Below are positions 13,250 to 26,249 of a stretch of 64,000 nt of DNA, piece after piece (within the stretch, counting starts at the first letter, position 1; the number at the start of each line of letters is the position of its first letter). This DNA comes from Yuukianura sp. NJ FZ-2021 (taxonomy: Eukaryota), in the NCBI GenBank assembly GCA_046563655.1, contig CM102284.1:186001-250000 (forward strand). Direction: 5' to 3'. Under the pieces are notes generated by a model. It saw only the letters and a program-made list of their open reading frames with translations, did no database searches and was not told where the DNA came from. The position numbers were made by a program, and so were the translations under genes.

Positions 13250-15262
13250 CCAATCTCACAGTACAACTAAAAACAATCAACAACTTCAAATACTAATTAC
13301 AATTAACTACAAAACGATTATTACAATCAATTGCAAAACAATATTCTGGGAATCATCAAACATAGAATAAAACTGATTCCATAAACGAGTTTATTAAAAT
13401 ATGTACTTTAAAAAGTAATTAATTAATTTTTTAATTTTGTAATTAATTTGTAATTAATTAAATTAATTGTTGTAGAAAGGAGAAATTCCCAACAGAAGAG
13501 CGTCTGACGGAAATGAGATTATACGAAATCAAACATTCCCTCCTGTCTGTCATGTTCAAGCGCGCTTTTCAAATTTCAAATTTAAATTCAAACTTTTTGG
13601 TTACAAAAAGTATTACGTACCCTTATTGTAACCACCCCAGCTCCAAGTAATGATTACTGCCATTTTGTTGCTGCAATCACAACTATGTAGATACTTTAAC
13701 TTAATTTCACTTAACTTAAGGTGGCAACCTGGCAACATAGCCAGGTAGCCAGCCATGCTTACAGTATAGTCACTTTTTGCAACTGTAAAGTGACTACGCT
13801 ACAAGGAATGAGGCTACAACAATATCTGTGACGCCTCACTCCAACCGAAAGCTTACAAAAACAAAGTTTATATTTTAAAGTTTGCGGTTACGTTAATCAG
13901 TCATTTTTGAAGTAGCAATTAACAATACAACATGGTTTAACAATTAAGTAGAACCTAACAAGGTAAGTAATTGTACAGAAATTAATCGATTGACTAAATA
14001 CGGTACCTGGTGAGGTAATCATAAGTTAATTAAGTGGAAGTTAAGCGAGTGGGCATTTGGATGAGGTCATGCCCTCGCACTTCCTTTCTAAGTTGGAGTG
14101 ACCTTGTCATTTTCTTTTGTTCTTTTGAGACAGTGACTAACATCGAGAAGCTTCTTGAAATTTGGACATGGAAGGATGATGAGGGTGTCCCACCGACCAA
14201 ACACGTCCCACCTACGAAGTGTGGGCTGCAGAATGAGGTCATCCTTAGCTTATCCAACCCAACTTCAGCATATACGCCAACCTTCCTCTCTCATCTCATC
14301 TCAGTCTGCTACCACATCATCCACAGAACACATCTCTACCCGAATCTCATCTGTTAAGGATTCAGTCAACTACTAATTCAATCAACTAAGTTCCGGTGAT
14401 CTTGCAAAAATCTCAGGTCAGTTCAATAACAAAACAACGGAATACTCCAAGGTCAAGGAACTTGACCTCTGTCGCATCCCGTTGTTATTAGTGGAAGTTA
14501 GAGTGTCAGGTGTATTTAAAAAGAAAGTTCACATTTAAAAACAATTAAGGATGTCACACTTACGTCACTCTTACTTTTGTGTTTTGTAGGGATGCAGTAG
14601 ACTGTTAGCCAACGCCTATTGGAACTATTTTTTATAGTCTTTCTTTGAATTCCCTTGAGTTTGTACAGTAGTCATGCGAGAGGCGAGGAAATATTCTGGA
14701 AGGGAATAAATTTACATGGTTCCCTGCCTGCCAGTCATTCGAGTGCTAGGAAGTCTTTGGAAGTTGGCGAGTTGCCACAATTCAAAGTGTTTTTTTTGCA
14801 GTTTCCAAGACTTTTGTTCGTGTGTTTGGTCTATTTTTACAACTACCGGGTAGGAAAGGAGCCACGGTGCATAGGGCAAATCGTTAGAGTAAATCGTGCA
14901 TAGGTGGACTAAAAGTTGGAGACTGGTGCTGGAATTTCATTAGCATTCTTTGACATTTCGTTTCTGGAAGTGGAAACACATTTATCTCGGGAAAAACCCT
15001 GTTTCAATATCCAATTCTTCTAAAATTTTAAGCTTAGCTTCAAAGTAATTGAAAATACAGCTTTTAGAGTGAAAGAAAGTTAGAGAGGAGAGGTGTGAGA
15101 AATTCGGTAGCAAAACAAACAGGTTTTTTAGTAAAGTTGTTATCAGATAACGACCTTTCCCTAATCAGAACTGTTGAGGTTAAACACTCAGATTCATAAA
15201 TACAGTTGACAATTTACTAATTTCTGCTTTTTAATTTCAGTATTGAAAACCAAATCTCAAGA

Positions 15263-16266
15263 ATGGACAAACGAATTCCAGTCAAACTCTCCGATTCCTC
15301 CGTCCTCGATACGGATTTCAACAACATGCGAGAACAGTGAGTTTGGATTTCAACTAAAAGCTTCAGTTTAAACTAAAAACCATTTCGAATTTGGATTTTC
15401 AAAACGACTATTTTTGAAATTTAGATTCAGGATGGAGATGCAGCGAATGGATGAGGAAATGAACAACTTCCGATCCCAACTCCTCACCCGCCAGAGCAAA
15501 TTCTTTGACAACAAAACGACGAGCAGGTACTTGTGAAAATGCTTGCTTTGTGGTTGGGATACTTGGAAGTAGTTAGATGCTGGATAGTAGTTGGGATTGG
15601 GATAACTTCCGGTGTAGATATTGCCACCATTTTACCAACTAAAATCCAAACTGTGTACCCAGCTTCCTGTCGGACGATTTCCTTGGCGGTTCTTCCTTGT
15701 CCAACAGTTCTTTCAAATCTTCTCAACAACAACAGCAACACCTCAGGTTAACTTAACTGCTTTTAATGCAATTAACTTAATTGCTTAAGCGTTAGCAGGG
15801 TCTTAACTGTCACTTGTAGCTTTTGCCAACTAATTATTTCCGGAATTGTGTAAATGGAAAACGTTTTTCTCTTGTAGCACCACATCAAGTGGCAACGTCC
15901 TGGACGGTCTCCACTCCCCGCTAATCCAAGATGACGGCGATGGCAAATCGCTCAAACTACGATTCGACGTCAGTCAGTACGCCCCGGAAGAAATCGTCTT
16001 GAAAACAGTCGACAACAAACTTCTGGTGAGCATCACAAAAGTTGGCCTTGAATGTGACCTGTGACGTTGAACTGCTATGTGAATTGTAGGTACACGCTAA
16101 GCACGAGGAGAAGTCGGACACGAAGTCTGTGTACAGGGAGTACAATCGTGAATTTCTGCTTCCGAATGGCGTGAATCCTGAGCTGATTCGATCGTCGCTG
16201 TCTAAAGATGGAGTCCTCACTGTGGAAGCTCCTCTGCCTCAGCAAGCCCTTCCAGCTCCAAAGTAA
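15263..16266 (+). CDS. Small heat-shock protein / alpha-crystallin (insect Hsp21.4 / Drosophila CG14207 type)
   Basis: Exons 15263-15336, 15425-15526, 15663-15746 (symmetric, possibly cassette), 15878-16025 and 16090-16266. IPVKLSDSSVLDTDF and SPLIQDDGDGKSLKLRFDVSQYAPEEIVLKTVDNKLLVHAKHEEKSDTKSVYREYNREFLLP are diagnostic. Confidence 0.93.
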
Positions 16267-16639
16267 TTACCAGTCAACGTCCACTTCACTTTAAGGAAAT
16301 TACACTGGACGAACTCAGTATTCTGTCCCACATGAGGCCTCTAACCACCGTAATTCATCTCTAACCCACCTAACCATTCTCGCACTCTGTAATTAGTTAC
16401 TTTCAAATTGGCCAGGTTTAGATAAGCATCTCTGTATTACTTGTAGAGGACTCAAACTTGTTTGTGAAATTATGTGGATCTGCAGCTATTTCCAAGGTTT
16501 ATGGTGCAATTAAATCAGAGTCATGGAGGGTCAACAGTAAATTGATTAATCGGTCAATTAACTTTTTACAACAATTTATAATTCACGGTATCTTGTTCAT
16601 AGAAGAATTTTGAATAAAGGAATTGTAGGAATTTTTCCA

Positions 16640-16765
16640 TATTATAGGAATTCCTAAAATACGGGCTATTCCTAATGCAGAAAATCCTGACGCGTAATTC
16701 CTAATGCAGAGAATTCTTACGTATAATTCCTAATGCAGAAATTCCTAATGCAGAAGTTCCTAAGA
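16640..16765. repeat. Short tandem repeat (AATTCCTAATGCAGA)
   Basis: Several degenerate copies just downstream of the sHSP polyA signal (AATAAA at 16613). Confidence 0.7.
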
Positions 16766-16876
16766 CTATGATGACTAATTGTAATAAGACTATAGTAAAT
16801 AGTAATCAGCTGTTGTGGTGTGGTGTGGACTGACGATGAGTGGGGAAGGAGTCAGTTCGTCACTCATGCATTAATA

Positions 16877-17824
16877 GAGTAATTCGCTGTATTTCGTCGA
16901 CGAGGAGAATCGCCGAAGACGAAGAGAACTTTCTCTGTTCGTCAGTCGTCTTCGTAGATCCTCAAAAAGAGTTTTTCTGAACGCGTCGACGAGATGAAAT
17001 GGCGCCAGTGCGATTTTTCAAAATTTCCCAAAGTCTGACACATAGAAACAGCACTGCAACTTAATTATATATTAATTTTTAATATATTAAGTACATATAT
17101 TACTATATCACTTTATATATTACTATATATTACTATATATTACTATATCACTATATATATATACCCAGCTGGATGTATTATATATTACTATATTAATATA
17201 TATACCCAGTTGGTTGTATTATATGTACAATACCATATATAATATATACTATATTATATGTACTATACTATCCTACATACTATAGGATGTATATAGTATA
17301 GTATTTATATTATATATGCGTATATCATATAGGTATGTATATGATATATCAGATTATATATGATATATAATAAATATGGTAATACATATAACATAATAAA
17401 CCAAGTGTAAACTAGTATATACATGAATATATGAAATATATATCAATATATAATTAATATGTATTAAAACCTAGTATATAACCAAATGGTGGGTCATTAA
17501 CAATACATACTCAGTTATTTAGTGTTTTAATATGAGTTACATATGATATATATATAATATTTATATAATATATTTATTATATACTTATATAATATTTATA
17601 TATAACATATTTATGTATGTAAATCGTTTAAAAACACAAAATAATTGAATTCGTAGATGCAGAGAATTGACGAGAACATCGACGAGCAAAACAGGGTTTT
17701 GCTCGTCGATTCTCTCGTCGCTACGGATCTACGAACGGAGAAAGTCCACTCACGTGGTCTCTCCGGGGGTTCGGAACTCACCCGCTCGTCGATTCTTCTC
17801 GTCGACGAGCACAGCGAATTACTC
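16877..17824. mobile_element. Non-autonomous DNA transposon with TA-rich interior
   Basis: TIR GAGTAATTCGCTGT...ACAGCGAATTACTC; subterminal CGTCGACGAG motifs; flanked by TA (extendable to TAATA) on both sides; ~550 bp near-pure AT interior at 17060-17620. Confidence 0.8.
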
Positions 17825-18178
17825 TAATATTGAATTAACGTCGAAGCTAATTAACTCATCCAAATATCTACGAAACGATTTTTAGAACTTGTAGTCATAA
17901 CAAGCTAATTAGGAAACGAAACGACGCAAAAAGACAAACCATCTCATATAACGTTTTATCGTTTGCTCAACGAAAAAAGTAAGGTAAAGTATAAAGTTAT
18001 TCATTAATTAATTAATCATAAAAATCGCCATTCTTAATCTTACTGTTGATTTTAGGTTTTTCGACAAAATGGTAACATGGAATTCAATTGACTCAATGAT
18101 TCTTCGTTACTTTGATATCCAGTAGTCTCCCACATGCAACATAGTGGCAGAAGTAAGGATTAATCGATTAATGGCAGA

Positions 18179-21100
18179 ATGACTGAAGTGTCTTCTCAAG
18201 ATACAATTATTGTTCTCGGTTTGTTTCTTAATTTTCTTTTGTTTACTTTTATTTACCATTGTATGTTGATTACCCAATCCCATTCCAATTAATTAATCTA
18301 AGCAGTCTTTGATTTATTCTTAGTTGGTGGAACAGTTTGTGTCATCGCTGTCGTCTTCCTTGTGGTTCGTGTTTGCAAGAATGTACTACGTGGTGACTGC
18401 TGTAGTCGATGTTTAGCTAGACTTAGGCAATGCTGTCGCTGTTTCCGTCGTCAAAATTGTCAGCGACGAACTGAAAACCTACCAAGTTCGCTCCAGCGGT
18501 CATGTCGTCGGCTGGAGTCTCTGCTTTCAAAACAACCCGAACTGATCATTCAAAACTCCGACACGGAACTCCACGTTGGAGATACTGCTCAATTTCAAGT
18601 CACGGTAATTAGTCATAAACAATCACAATTAACTGGAATCGGACTGAATGCTACAACGATTAATGTTATACCTCTGGAAAACTTTTTTGTGTCGTTTTCA
18701 GCTTCCAGAACCTCGTAGCATCTTCCACTCACAACAGAATCCACGTTCCGTCCAAGAACATCCGACTCCTGGTGCGTTGGCTATGAATAATCAGATTTCA
18801 ATCGAGATTAAGAAAATCACTGGACCTCCAGAAACGATTTCTTTTATAAGAGAACTGAGTGTCAATCCGGAAACTAATGAAGACTGCATTAACGTCAAGT
18901 ACACCGTCCGGGAGTCTGGATTCTATGAAATCCATGTCCTACACCAAAACATGCATGTCACTCGTAGTCCTCAACTTCAGGCCTTCTTACCCACTGAAAT
19001 CGATCCTGTCAAAACGTTGCTCATTCGACAGTCACCCACTATCGTCGCATTCACGTTCTCTCCTCATACTCTGTCAATTGAACCGAAAGATCGATTTGGA
19101 AACGTCTGCCGTCCAGAGAACTTCAATTCCGATCACTTTGAACTCAAAGTGACTCGGGTAATATGCTAACCCTGCACTTGACCTTTGATGACCTTTGACC
19201 TCTGACTTTTTTTTTGTGATAGGCACATCGTTCCAATGAAATAGTTGAAGCTATGACGTACAAATTCACGACTGAAACGACTGATGAGTGGGGCGATGTG
19301 AAACTGAACATTCGACTAGTTTTTGAAGTGTTTGTTTCCGGCTGTTTCCAAGGATACATTTCTTACGAGAATCGACCAATCGGAAATCCTGTTTTTGACC
19401 TCGTGACCTTGACTTCCGAAGAAAACGAAGTACTGAGCAGTATGCTCAAAGGACCTCCAGATTCTGTCTTTTTTAAAGGAAAACTCCTCGCCTCCAATCG
19501 TGATGTTTACAAAAGTCCAACCGACGTTTTCATCTACACTTCTCCAAAGGCTTTAGTAGCCAAGCAGTTTTTCTTACTTCTACTTCCTTATCGTCTTGGA
19601 TTTTATCGAACACTTCCAGCGACAAAAGTAACTTCATCAAATATTTTCTACTTTCTCTCAAAAATTCAAATTCTGTTTTTCATTTAAGATTGAATTAATT
19701 CGTGAAGATAATCGAAAGTCCACTTTTACCATTCGAGATCGAAGCCAACCGAAACTGACAATCGAAATTGGTTCTACCGATTTCCGAGTTTTGCTTGCAA
19801 CTTTTACGCACCATTTGCAACAACGACTGGGTAAGTTTTATCGCCTTCACAAAATTCAAAATTCGTCATTTCAAAACGTAGATTTTTTGAATTTATAGGA
19901 GGATCTGAATCTTTTGAAAACAAGCAAAAGTTATTTCATAGTGAACTTCGACTGGCACGTGAAGACAAAAACCGGGATTTCATTTCCATTTTAGTACAAC
20001 GTCGGAATCTCATTGAATCCGTAAGAATTTTTCAAAATCGAAATCACATTTAAAGGTACAAAAAAAATATATTATAAAAATTCAAGCATATTCTTTCAGA
20101 CTATGGCTGCGACTCGATTTTTTGGCTTGAGAGACTGGTGCCGAAAATTCAGGGTTGAATTTGAAGGAGAGGAAGGTGGGACGAAAAAGTTGGACTAGGA
20201 ATTTTTTTAAAACATTTCATTTTTTAGAAATTTTGAATTTGATTTTTAGGATTTGACGATGGTGGGCTGCGAAGGGAGTTGCTCAACTTACTGTGTGATA
20301 CCTTGTTTCGAAACGATGTTAATGGCCTGTTTTGTTCCATGGGAACTTCGAGGCTTGTCCATCCGAATGCCAGCAGTAGCCGGTCCAAGTACTTCACACT
20401 TCGCCACTACGAATTTGCAGGAAAAGTCGTTGGGAAGTGCCTGTTCGAGTCCAGTTTTGGTGGATTCTACCAGCAAATGGTCAACGGACGGTTCAGTCGC
20501 TCCTTCCTTGCTCATCTCATTGGTTCCTACCCACAGCACAAAGTAAATAACTTCTTAGTTGCAAAATTTTGAAATAATCAGTTTCAATTTCTGTGTTTTT
20601 ACAGCATTTCGAACAAGACGATCCAGAACTTCATCTGCGGAAAGTAAAATACATTTTAGAAAACGACGTGACCCCGATGGAACTTTTGTTTCAGGAGGAA
20701 GAGTACGATGAAAATGGAGCTCTCATTAAGGTATCATTTTGGTCAAATCATTTTTTGTTTAAAATAAGTTTTATGAAGTTGATTTTTGAATTTTATGGTT
20801 AGACTGTGGATCTGATTCCAAATCGAAAAGGAGTTCCTGTTACAAATGAAAACAAGGAGGAGTACTTGGGTGCTTTGGCTCAATTCCGACTTGGAACTCG
20901 TGTTCAGTCGGAAATTGACGCTTTCTTGAAAGGCCTCCACCTCATCATTCCGGAAGGACTTTTAGCCAATTTTGATGAAAACGAACTAGAGGTGAAGTTT
21001 TTTTTAAGATCAACTTTTAATATACAGTAGAGCCTCTCAATATGCAACTTTTAGCTCCGCCTCTTCTCTCGGTGGGATACCGTAAAAATTTTACGGTAAA

Positions 21101-21722
21101 ATTCAAATTTTTGGAGGGATTTTACTAAGTTAGAATTAGAAAAACGACGTTCTGTCAAATATGTTAGAATTAGGAGTCGGTAAAAGCTTTTATTCAAACG
21201 AGCCAATCAGAAAGCGTTTCGCAACGAGAGGTTCTACTGTATTTTTAAGTTTTGGATTCTAAATTGTGATTGGTTGTTTTCAGATTTTGATGTGTGGGAA
21301 GAGTACTTTTGACATTGAGGATTTGAAGCGGAATCACTTCTTGACTGAGTGTGGACTGAGTCAGAATGTCGTTTCGAAGTTGCTGCAGTGGTTCTGGAAT
21401 TGTGTGGAGGGCATGAGCACAGAAGAGAGAGGGCGACTGTTGCAGTTTACAACTGGAAGTTCCCTTCTTCCGATTGGTGGATTCAAAGAACTCAAACCAA
21501 CATTCAGAATCACCGTCACCAACAACATCGGCCATCTACCCATTGCCCATACTTGCTTCTCAGAGTATGCACAAAAACAGTATTTAAAAAAAAAACGAAA
21601 TTGAAATTTTGAAATTTTGTGTTTTCAGGATCTGCCTCTCGAACCACAATTCGTTTGAGGAATTCAACAAGGCTCTGCTCACTGCAGTCAACGAGGGGAG
21701 CGAAGGCTTTGCAATGATGTGA
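18179..21722 (+). CDS. AREL1: Apoptosis-resistant E3 ubiquitin ligase 1-like (N-terminal TM, filamin/Ig repeat, HECT)
   Basis: Multi-exon, starting 18179-18218, 18324-18604, 18702-19157, 19223-19627. TM segment VGGTVCVIAVVFLVV; filamin-like YTVRESGFYEIHV; HECT motifs FEGEEG-DDGGLRRE, YEFAGKVVGKCLFES, LLQFTTGSS, catalytic AHTCF and terminal EGSEGFAMM*. Confidence 0.88.
21025..21239. mobile_element. Tc1/mariner-pogo-type MITE in AREL1 intron
   Basis: TIR CAGTAGAGCCTCTC / GAGAGGTTCTACTG with TA on both sides; related copy at 53078-53264. Confidence 0.8.
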
Positions 21723-21896
21723 TACTCACAATTTCTAAATTTCTATTAAGACTTGTCGCAATTGAAACGCACCAAATTACAACGAAAACACAAACTTCAA
21801 CTTTGTCTATTTTATTTCAAAGTCATAGACTTCCATAGGCGTTTTATCGGAATTCCATAGACGTTTTAATAGACTTCCATAACGTTTTATAGACTT

Positions 21897-24800
21897 TTAA
21901 GTGGGAGGTTCCTGGATGTGTCGTCGTTGTGACGCTTTTTCGTAAGATCGCTGGAACTTGTCCCTGGATCTGTTCATGGTGAACCAGGAGATGCATGGAC
22001 ATTGAGCCCAGAAGCCTCTCGTGTCCGCCTGGACAGAAGTGCTTGACTGCTCATGCTCCGGAGTGAGGGCGGCCATAAACTTGGACTTGGCTCCAGTCGA
22101 CGGTGTTTTCGCCAGCACAACCAGCATCACGATCGGAATTGCCAACATGGAGGCGTAAATGAGCACTCCCGCAGTAACCTTCCCGCCCCTAATCGGAAAG
22201 TTATGGTACTCCAAACCAGCCCCGAACACGTCACGTACACATCCCACCAATACCAGGAACCCAACAAATGGTAAACCTACTCAAATTAGTTTTATTAATT
22301 TATTAATTAGCAAAAGTTAATTAAATTATTTAAATTGATAGATTTGGATAACTGACTGTAGAGGACCCAGACGACACGCAGAATGTGGAACCCCTTCGAA
22401 TTTCCGGTCATTCTCTCCAGAGCAAACTTCACCCCTGTAGACATTGTACGAAACAAAACGGTTCACAATTAACAATTTTCTGGAAATTGTACGACACAAA
22501 GCGGTTCATCACAATTGACTTTCAGACCCAAGTAGGGGTTTAAATGCGTCCCAGCTTTCTGGTTATCCGAATTTCGGATTTCGACAGATTCTGATTTAAA
22601 AATCCGGATTTTGACGGATTTTGGTTTAAAAATCCGGAGTTAAATCCACATTTCGGATTTTGACGAATTTTGGTTTAAAAATCCGGATTTCAAAATACAT
22701 AGGATTTGCCATAACAAATTTTCAGCTTTTCGAATCCGAGAGAATCCGATGGAAGAATCCGAATCCGCCCAAAGTCCGGATTTACAACCGGAACAAAAAT
22801 CCGGATTTACACCGGTAGACTCAAATGAATTAGTTGTTAATTAATTGAATAGGTATATGTTTTTTCTGACCAGATTCACCGAAGACACAAGTGACTGCAA
22901 AGAGCATGAGGAAGCAGCAGACGAGGTAGTTGGTGCCGCCCTGTCCGAAGACGGCCTTGAAAATCTCCATGAGATAAACTCCCCCGGGGGTCGTGAACGT
23001 CACGTTGAGCACGAATGCGGAGAGGATGATGAGGAACGTCACGACTGAGCGGGTTTTACGCATGCGCCGAAGGCTCTTCCCGAATGTCTCCGTCACGGCA
23101 GTCGTCAGAGTGTCCACCATCAAGGCCACATTGTCCACTGTCTTGCAGAACGCAGTCATGAAGAACATGAATGCAAACATCTCACCGTGACCTTGTTCGG
23201 GAATTCGCGAAAAGGCTTCGGGCAGCAACTCGAAGATGATCGTTTCTCCGGAAACAGTTTTGGACAAGTTTTTGGAGGGGAAGAGGTTTGCATGCCTTCT
23301 GTACCCACTGTGTCCCAGGAACGAAAACACTGAGACACAAATATGTAAAATATATTTTATATTATATTTATATTATAATATATTTTATTTAATCATTTTC
23401 AAAGTGACCTGTGAGGCCTCCTAGGATGCTGGACAAAAGATCCATACAAATTGTGAGGAGAGCGTATCGGAAGATGGGTTTTCGGAACTGGTTGTAGCTG
23501 GCGTAAGTTACATAATAACCTTGACCTGTATAATGGAAGCGTATCAACATAATAAATAATATATAAATATTATAATATATAAATAAATAAAATTTACAAT
23601 ATAATGAATTCCTAGTATTTCCTCGCCTACAAGACGCGTCTTATCTGAGAAATTTTGGAAAAAAAATTCTGGAGCAATGAAGTTTTCTTCTCTATCAAGT
23701 TAGGGAACCTGACGAGAAAAATATGTTTTTGTTTAAAATTTACTTTTGCGTCCCACTGTGATATTTTTTGGGGTGCGTCTTATACGCGACTGCGTCTTAT
23801 AAGCGAGGAAATACTGTACTGTAAAAGAGGGTGATTACCGCATTGTGTTGAGGATACAACTAGTGAGATGGCGATGCTCCAAGTAGTGGGGCTGACTAAA
23901 AATGAGAAATTGGGTTCGAGGAGGTCACTGAGCCCTTGCCAGGCTCCAGCCAGACTCAGTCCGCGCAGGAGCAGAACTGCCAAGAACATGACTGGCATTG
24001 CACTCAGGCTGTGGGCAGCCCTTCCCATGAACCTTGGACCAAAACTGATCACTAGAAGGACCATTATGTATATGAGGATGAGGTAGGCCACGAGGGGCCC
24101 TGAAGGGGTCCCTGGATTCGTAAGCCCATAAATAGGCGTTCCGTTCACCATGTCGCCCTTCCACTTTTCACCCACAATCTTAATCCGGAAGTACTCTTCA
24201 GTCGCACGCACAACCGTCATGTTCACAGTGTCCGCATCTTCGTCTTCTCTGCACTGCCAAATCAAAAAACAACTTTTGTTTGGTGTGAAACCTTCAGGTC
24301 AGGGGTCAAATGGCTGGAGAGAAATTGAACGACAAAGAACGACATTGTAAAAAAGAATAATGGACCGAGTGAGATTCGAACCCACATCTCTTCTACCCTA
24401 ACTCTAACCCTTGAGCTATCAGGCACCAATCTAAAAATAGAGCAATTTGGGAGTGGGACTGTTCCCAAACGCCACATGACCTTGACCATTGACCTTGAGC
24501 TGACCTGGAGCGTGTTCCAACTGGTGGTGACATTGTGACAGACATTCCAGTCATATGTCTCTGTGATTGCGAGCATGGCATACTGGAGTAACCATGACAC
24601 CAATACTGGGAAGTACACGAGGAGCCCAAACATCAAAATGGCCAGTGAGATTCCGATTCCTTTGAACAGTGGACAGAGACGCCAAACACCAATCACAGCT
24701 GATTTGGAAAATTGACCAATGATCATCTCCAAGTAGGTGATGGGCAGTGCCAAACTCATTTCCAGCAAGATGTAGATGATGATGAAAATTACTCCACCGT

Positions 24801-25458
24801 TTTCTCGACATAGAGCTGAAAAGTCATTTTTCTCAAATTTTGTGTTTTCAGCAACATTTTAACGGAATTTTCAATTTTTCATTTTTCAATTTTTGTTTCC
24901 AGCCAATGTCGTCAGTCGGATTTACCTGGAAAACTGCATAAAAAGAAAATATCGTCAGGAAGCGTGTTTTTTTAAGAAACTTTAACCTCGTGACCTCTTG
25001 ACCCTTACAAAATCACAACTTTGACCTTGACTCTAAAGGTCATTGACTTTGCTCAAGGTCAGAGGTCACGAGGACAAAATTTAAGCGAGGAACGCAACTT
25101 TCCTTGCGATGTTGGAGAAGTTGCTGGCAGTGGCGAAACAAATGAGAGCAAAGTCCTCGTGATCCCATTGTCCTTCGCCGTTTCCAGCGTAGTACTCGTA
25201 TGTGGGGGGTTCAGGGGGTTTGGGGGGCGGGGCCACTTCGACCGTGACCTCGATGACCTCTGGCTCTTCTTTGACCTCTTCTGCTCCTAGTGTCCTTGAC
25301 CCCTCAGAGTTGGTTCTTCTAGTCTCCGCATTTCCTGTTTCCTGTTCCCAGTCAGCAGAATCTTGTTCTGTTTGTGAGTCCGCAGAGGGCGCCACGCGAT
25401 TACGCGTCTTCTTCCGTTGCCATTGATAAGCAGCATGACTCAGCCCAGCAAATGGCAT
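21897..25458 (-). CDS. Divergent SLC6 (neurotransmitter/nutrient amino acid:sodium symporter) family transporter
   Basis: Exons 25458-25103, 24933-24926 (microexon), 24815-24505, 24253-23839, 23525-23409, ~23329-22879, ~22434-22357 and ~22276-21897. Motifs FP-LCRENGG, LEMIIGQF, VWRLCPLFKGIG, EEYF, RGLSLAGAWQG, YASYNQF, VFSFLGH and TPGGVYL. Confidence 0.85.
22533..22817. mobile_element. hAT-type MITE with ATCCGGATT subrepeats (intronic)
   Basis: Ends TAGGGGTTTAAAT / ATTTACACCGGTA; degenerate 8-bp flanks GACCCAAG / GACTCAAA; many ATCCG/CGGAT motifs. Confidence 0.6.
23613..23816. mobile_element. pogo-like MITE (intronic)
   Basis: TIR AGTATTTCCTCGC(CTACAAGACGC) / (GCGTCTTATAA)GCGAGGAAATACT, followed by G-TA. 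Confidence 0.7.
24349..24427 (-). mobile_element. tRNA-derived SINE-like element, copy 3 (intronic)
   Basis: AATAATGGACCGAGTGAGATTCGAACCCAC...CTCTAACCCTTGAGCTATCAGG matches copy 2. Confidence 0.75.
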
Positions 25459-26249
25459 TTCAAATTACACAAACTCAACAAACAACTTGCATAAAGGCCA
25501 GTTCCAAAAATCTACACATCAATTTCCAGTATTATACTAAAGGAATCTGCAGTTTGTTTGTATATCTGTAACGTGAATGTTTTTAGGTCTGTTGCCTTGG
25601 AAACAAAATGGAGAAGATTTTCTGGCTGCTACTTCACTACTGACGTGACATCTATGAAGTTAAATGTTAGCTAAACCGCCATGTGATGACATTTCTGACA
25701 TTTCTGAGGATTAGGGACACCATGAGAAAAACAGGAAAACATTGTACACAAATAGTTCCCACTCTGCTCCTGCACTTTGCGTATGCCTTCTTTAAATTAG
25801 GAATTTTATGCTCAGCAACCTAAAATGGTTACATTAGTTGCCATCCTAGTGCCGCCACCCATTGTAGCCACTAAAGATGGCTGCAGTAGCAATTATACAC
25901 ATTGCGAGTACAATGACGTTAGTGGATCCTTACTTCAACCCAGTTTGGTGTTACATGCGCCGGGCAGAATTCCAGCAGGACATTACATGCAGCAAAGTTA
26001 CTCGCCTTCGCTTCATTGAATGAAGTTCATTCTGTATTCTCTGCCTTGATTTTGATAAGGTAAGTTTACGTGATTAATTAAGAAACTTAAGTTAATTAAC
26101 GATTGTTTTGTAATAACTTGTGTTAGTTAATGGTATTTGAAGCTTAAGGACTAAGTTACAGCTTATTTTAGGTATTTGGAGTATCGACTTAGGTAAAATA
26201 GAGTTTATTGTTGTTTTTACAGGATAAGATTAAGGAAGATTGACTGAGG

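Noticed and set aside
14030-14376. ORFs upstream of the small HSP
   Set aside because: No recognisable domain or consistent splice structure; stops in the other frames.
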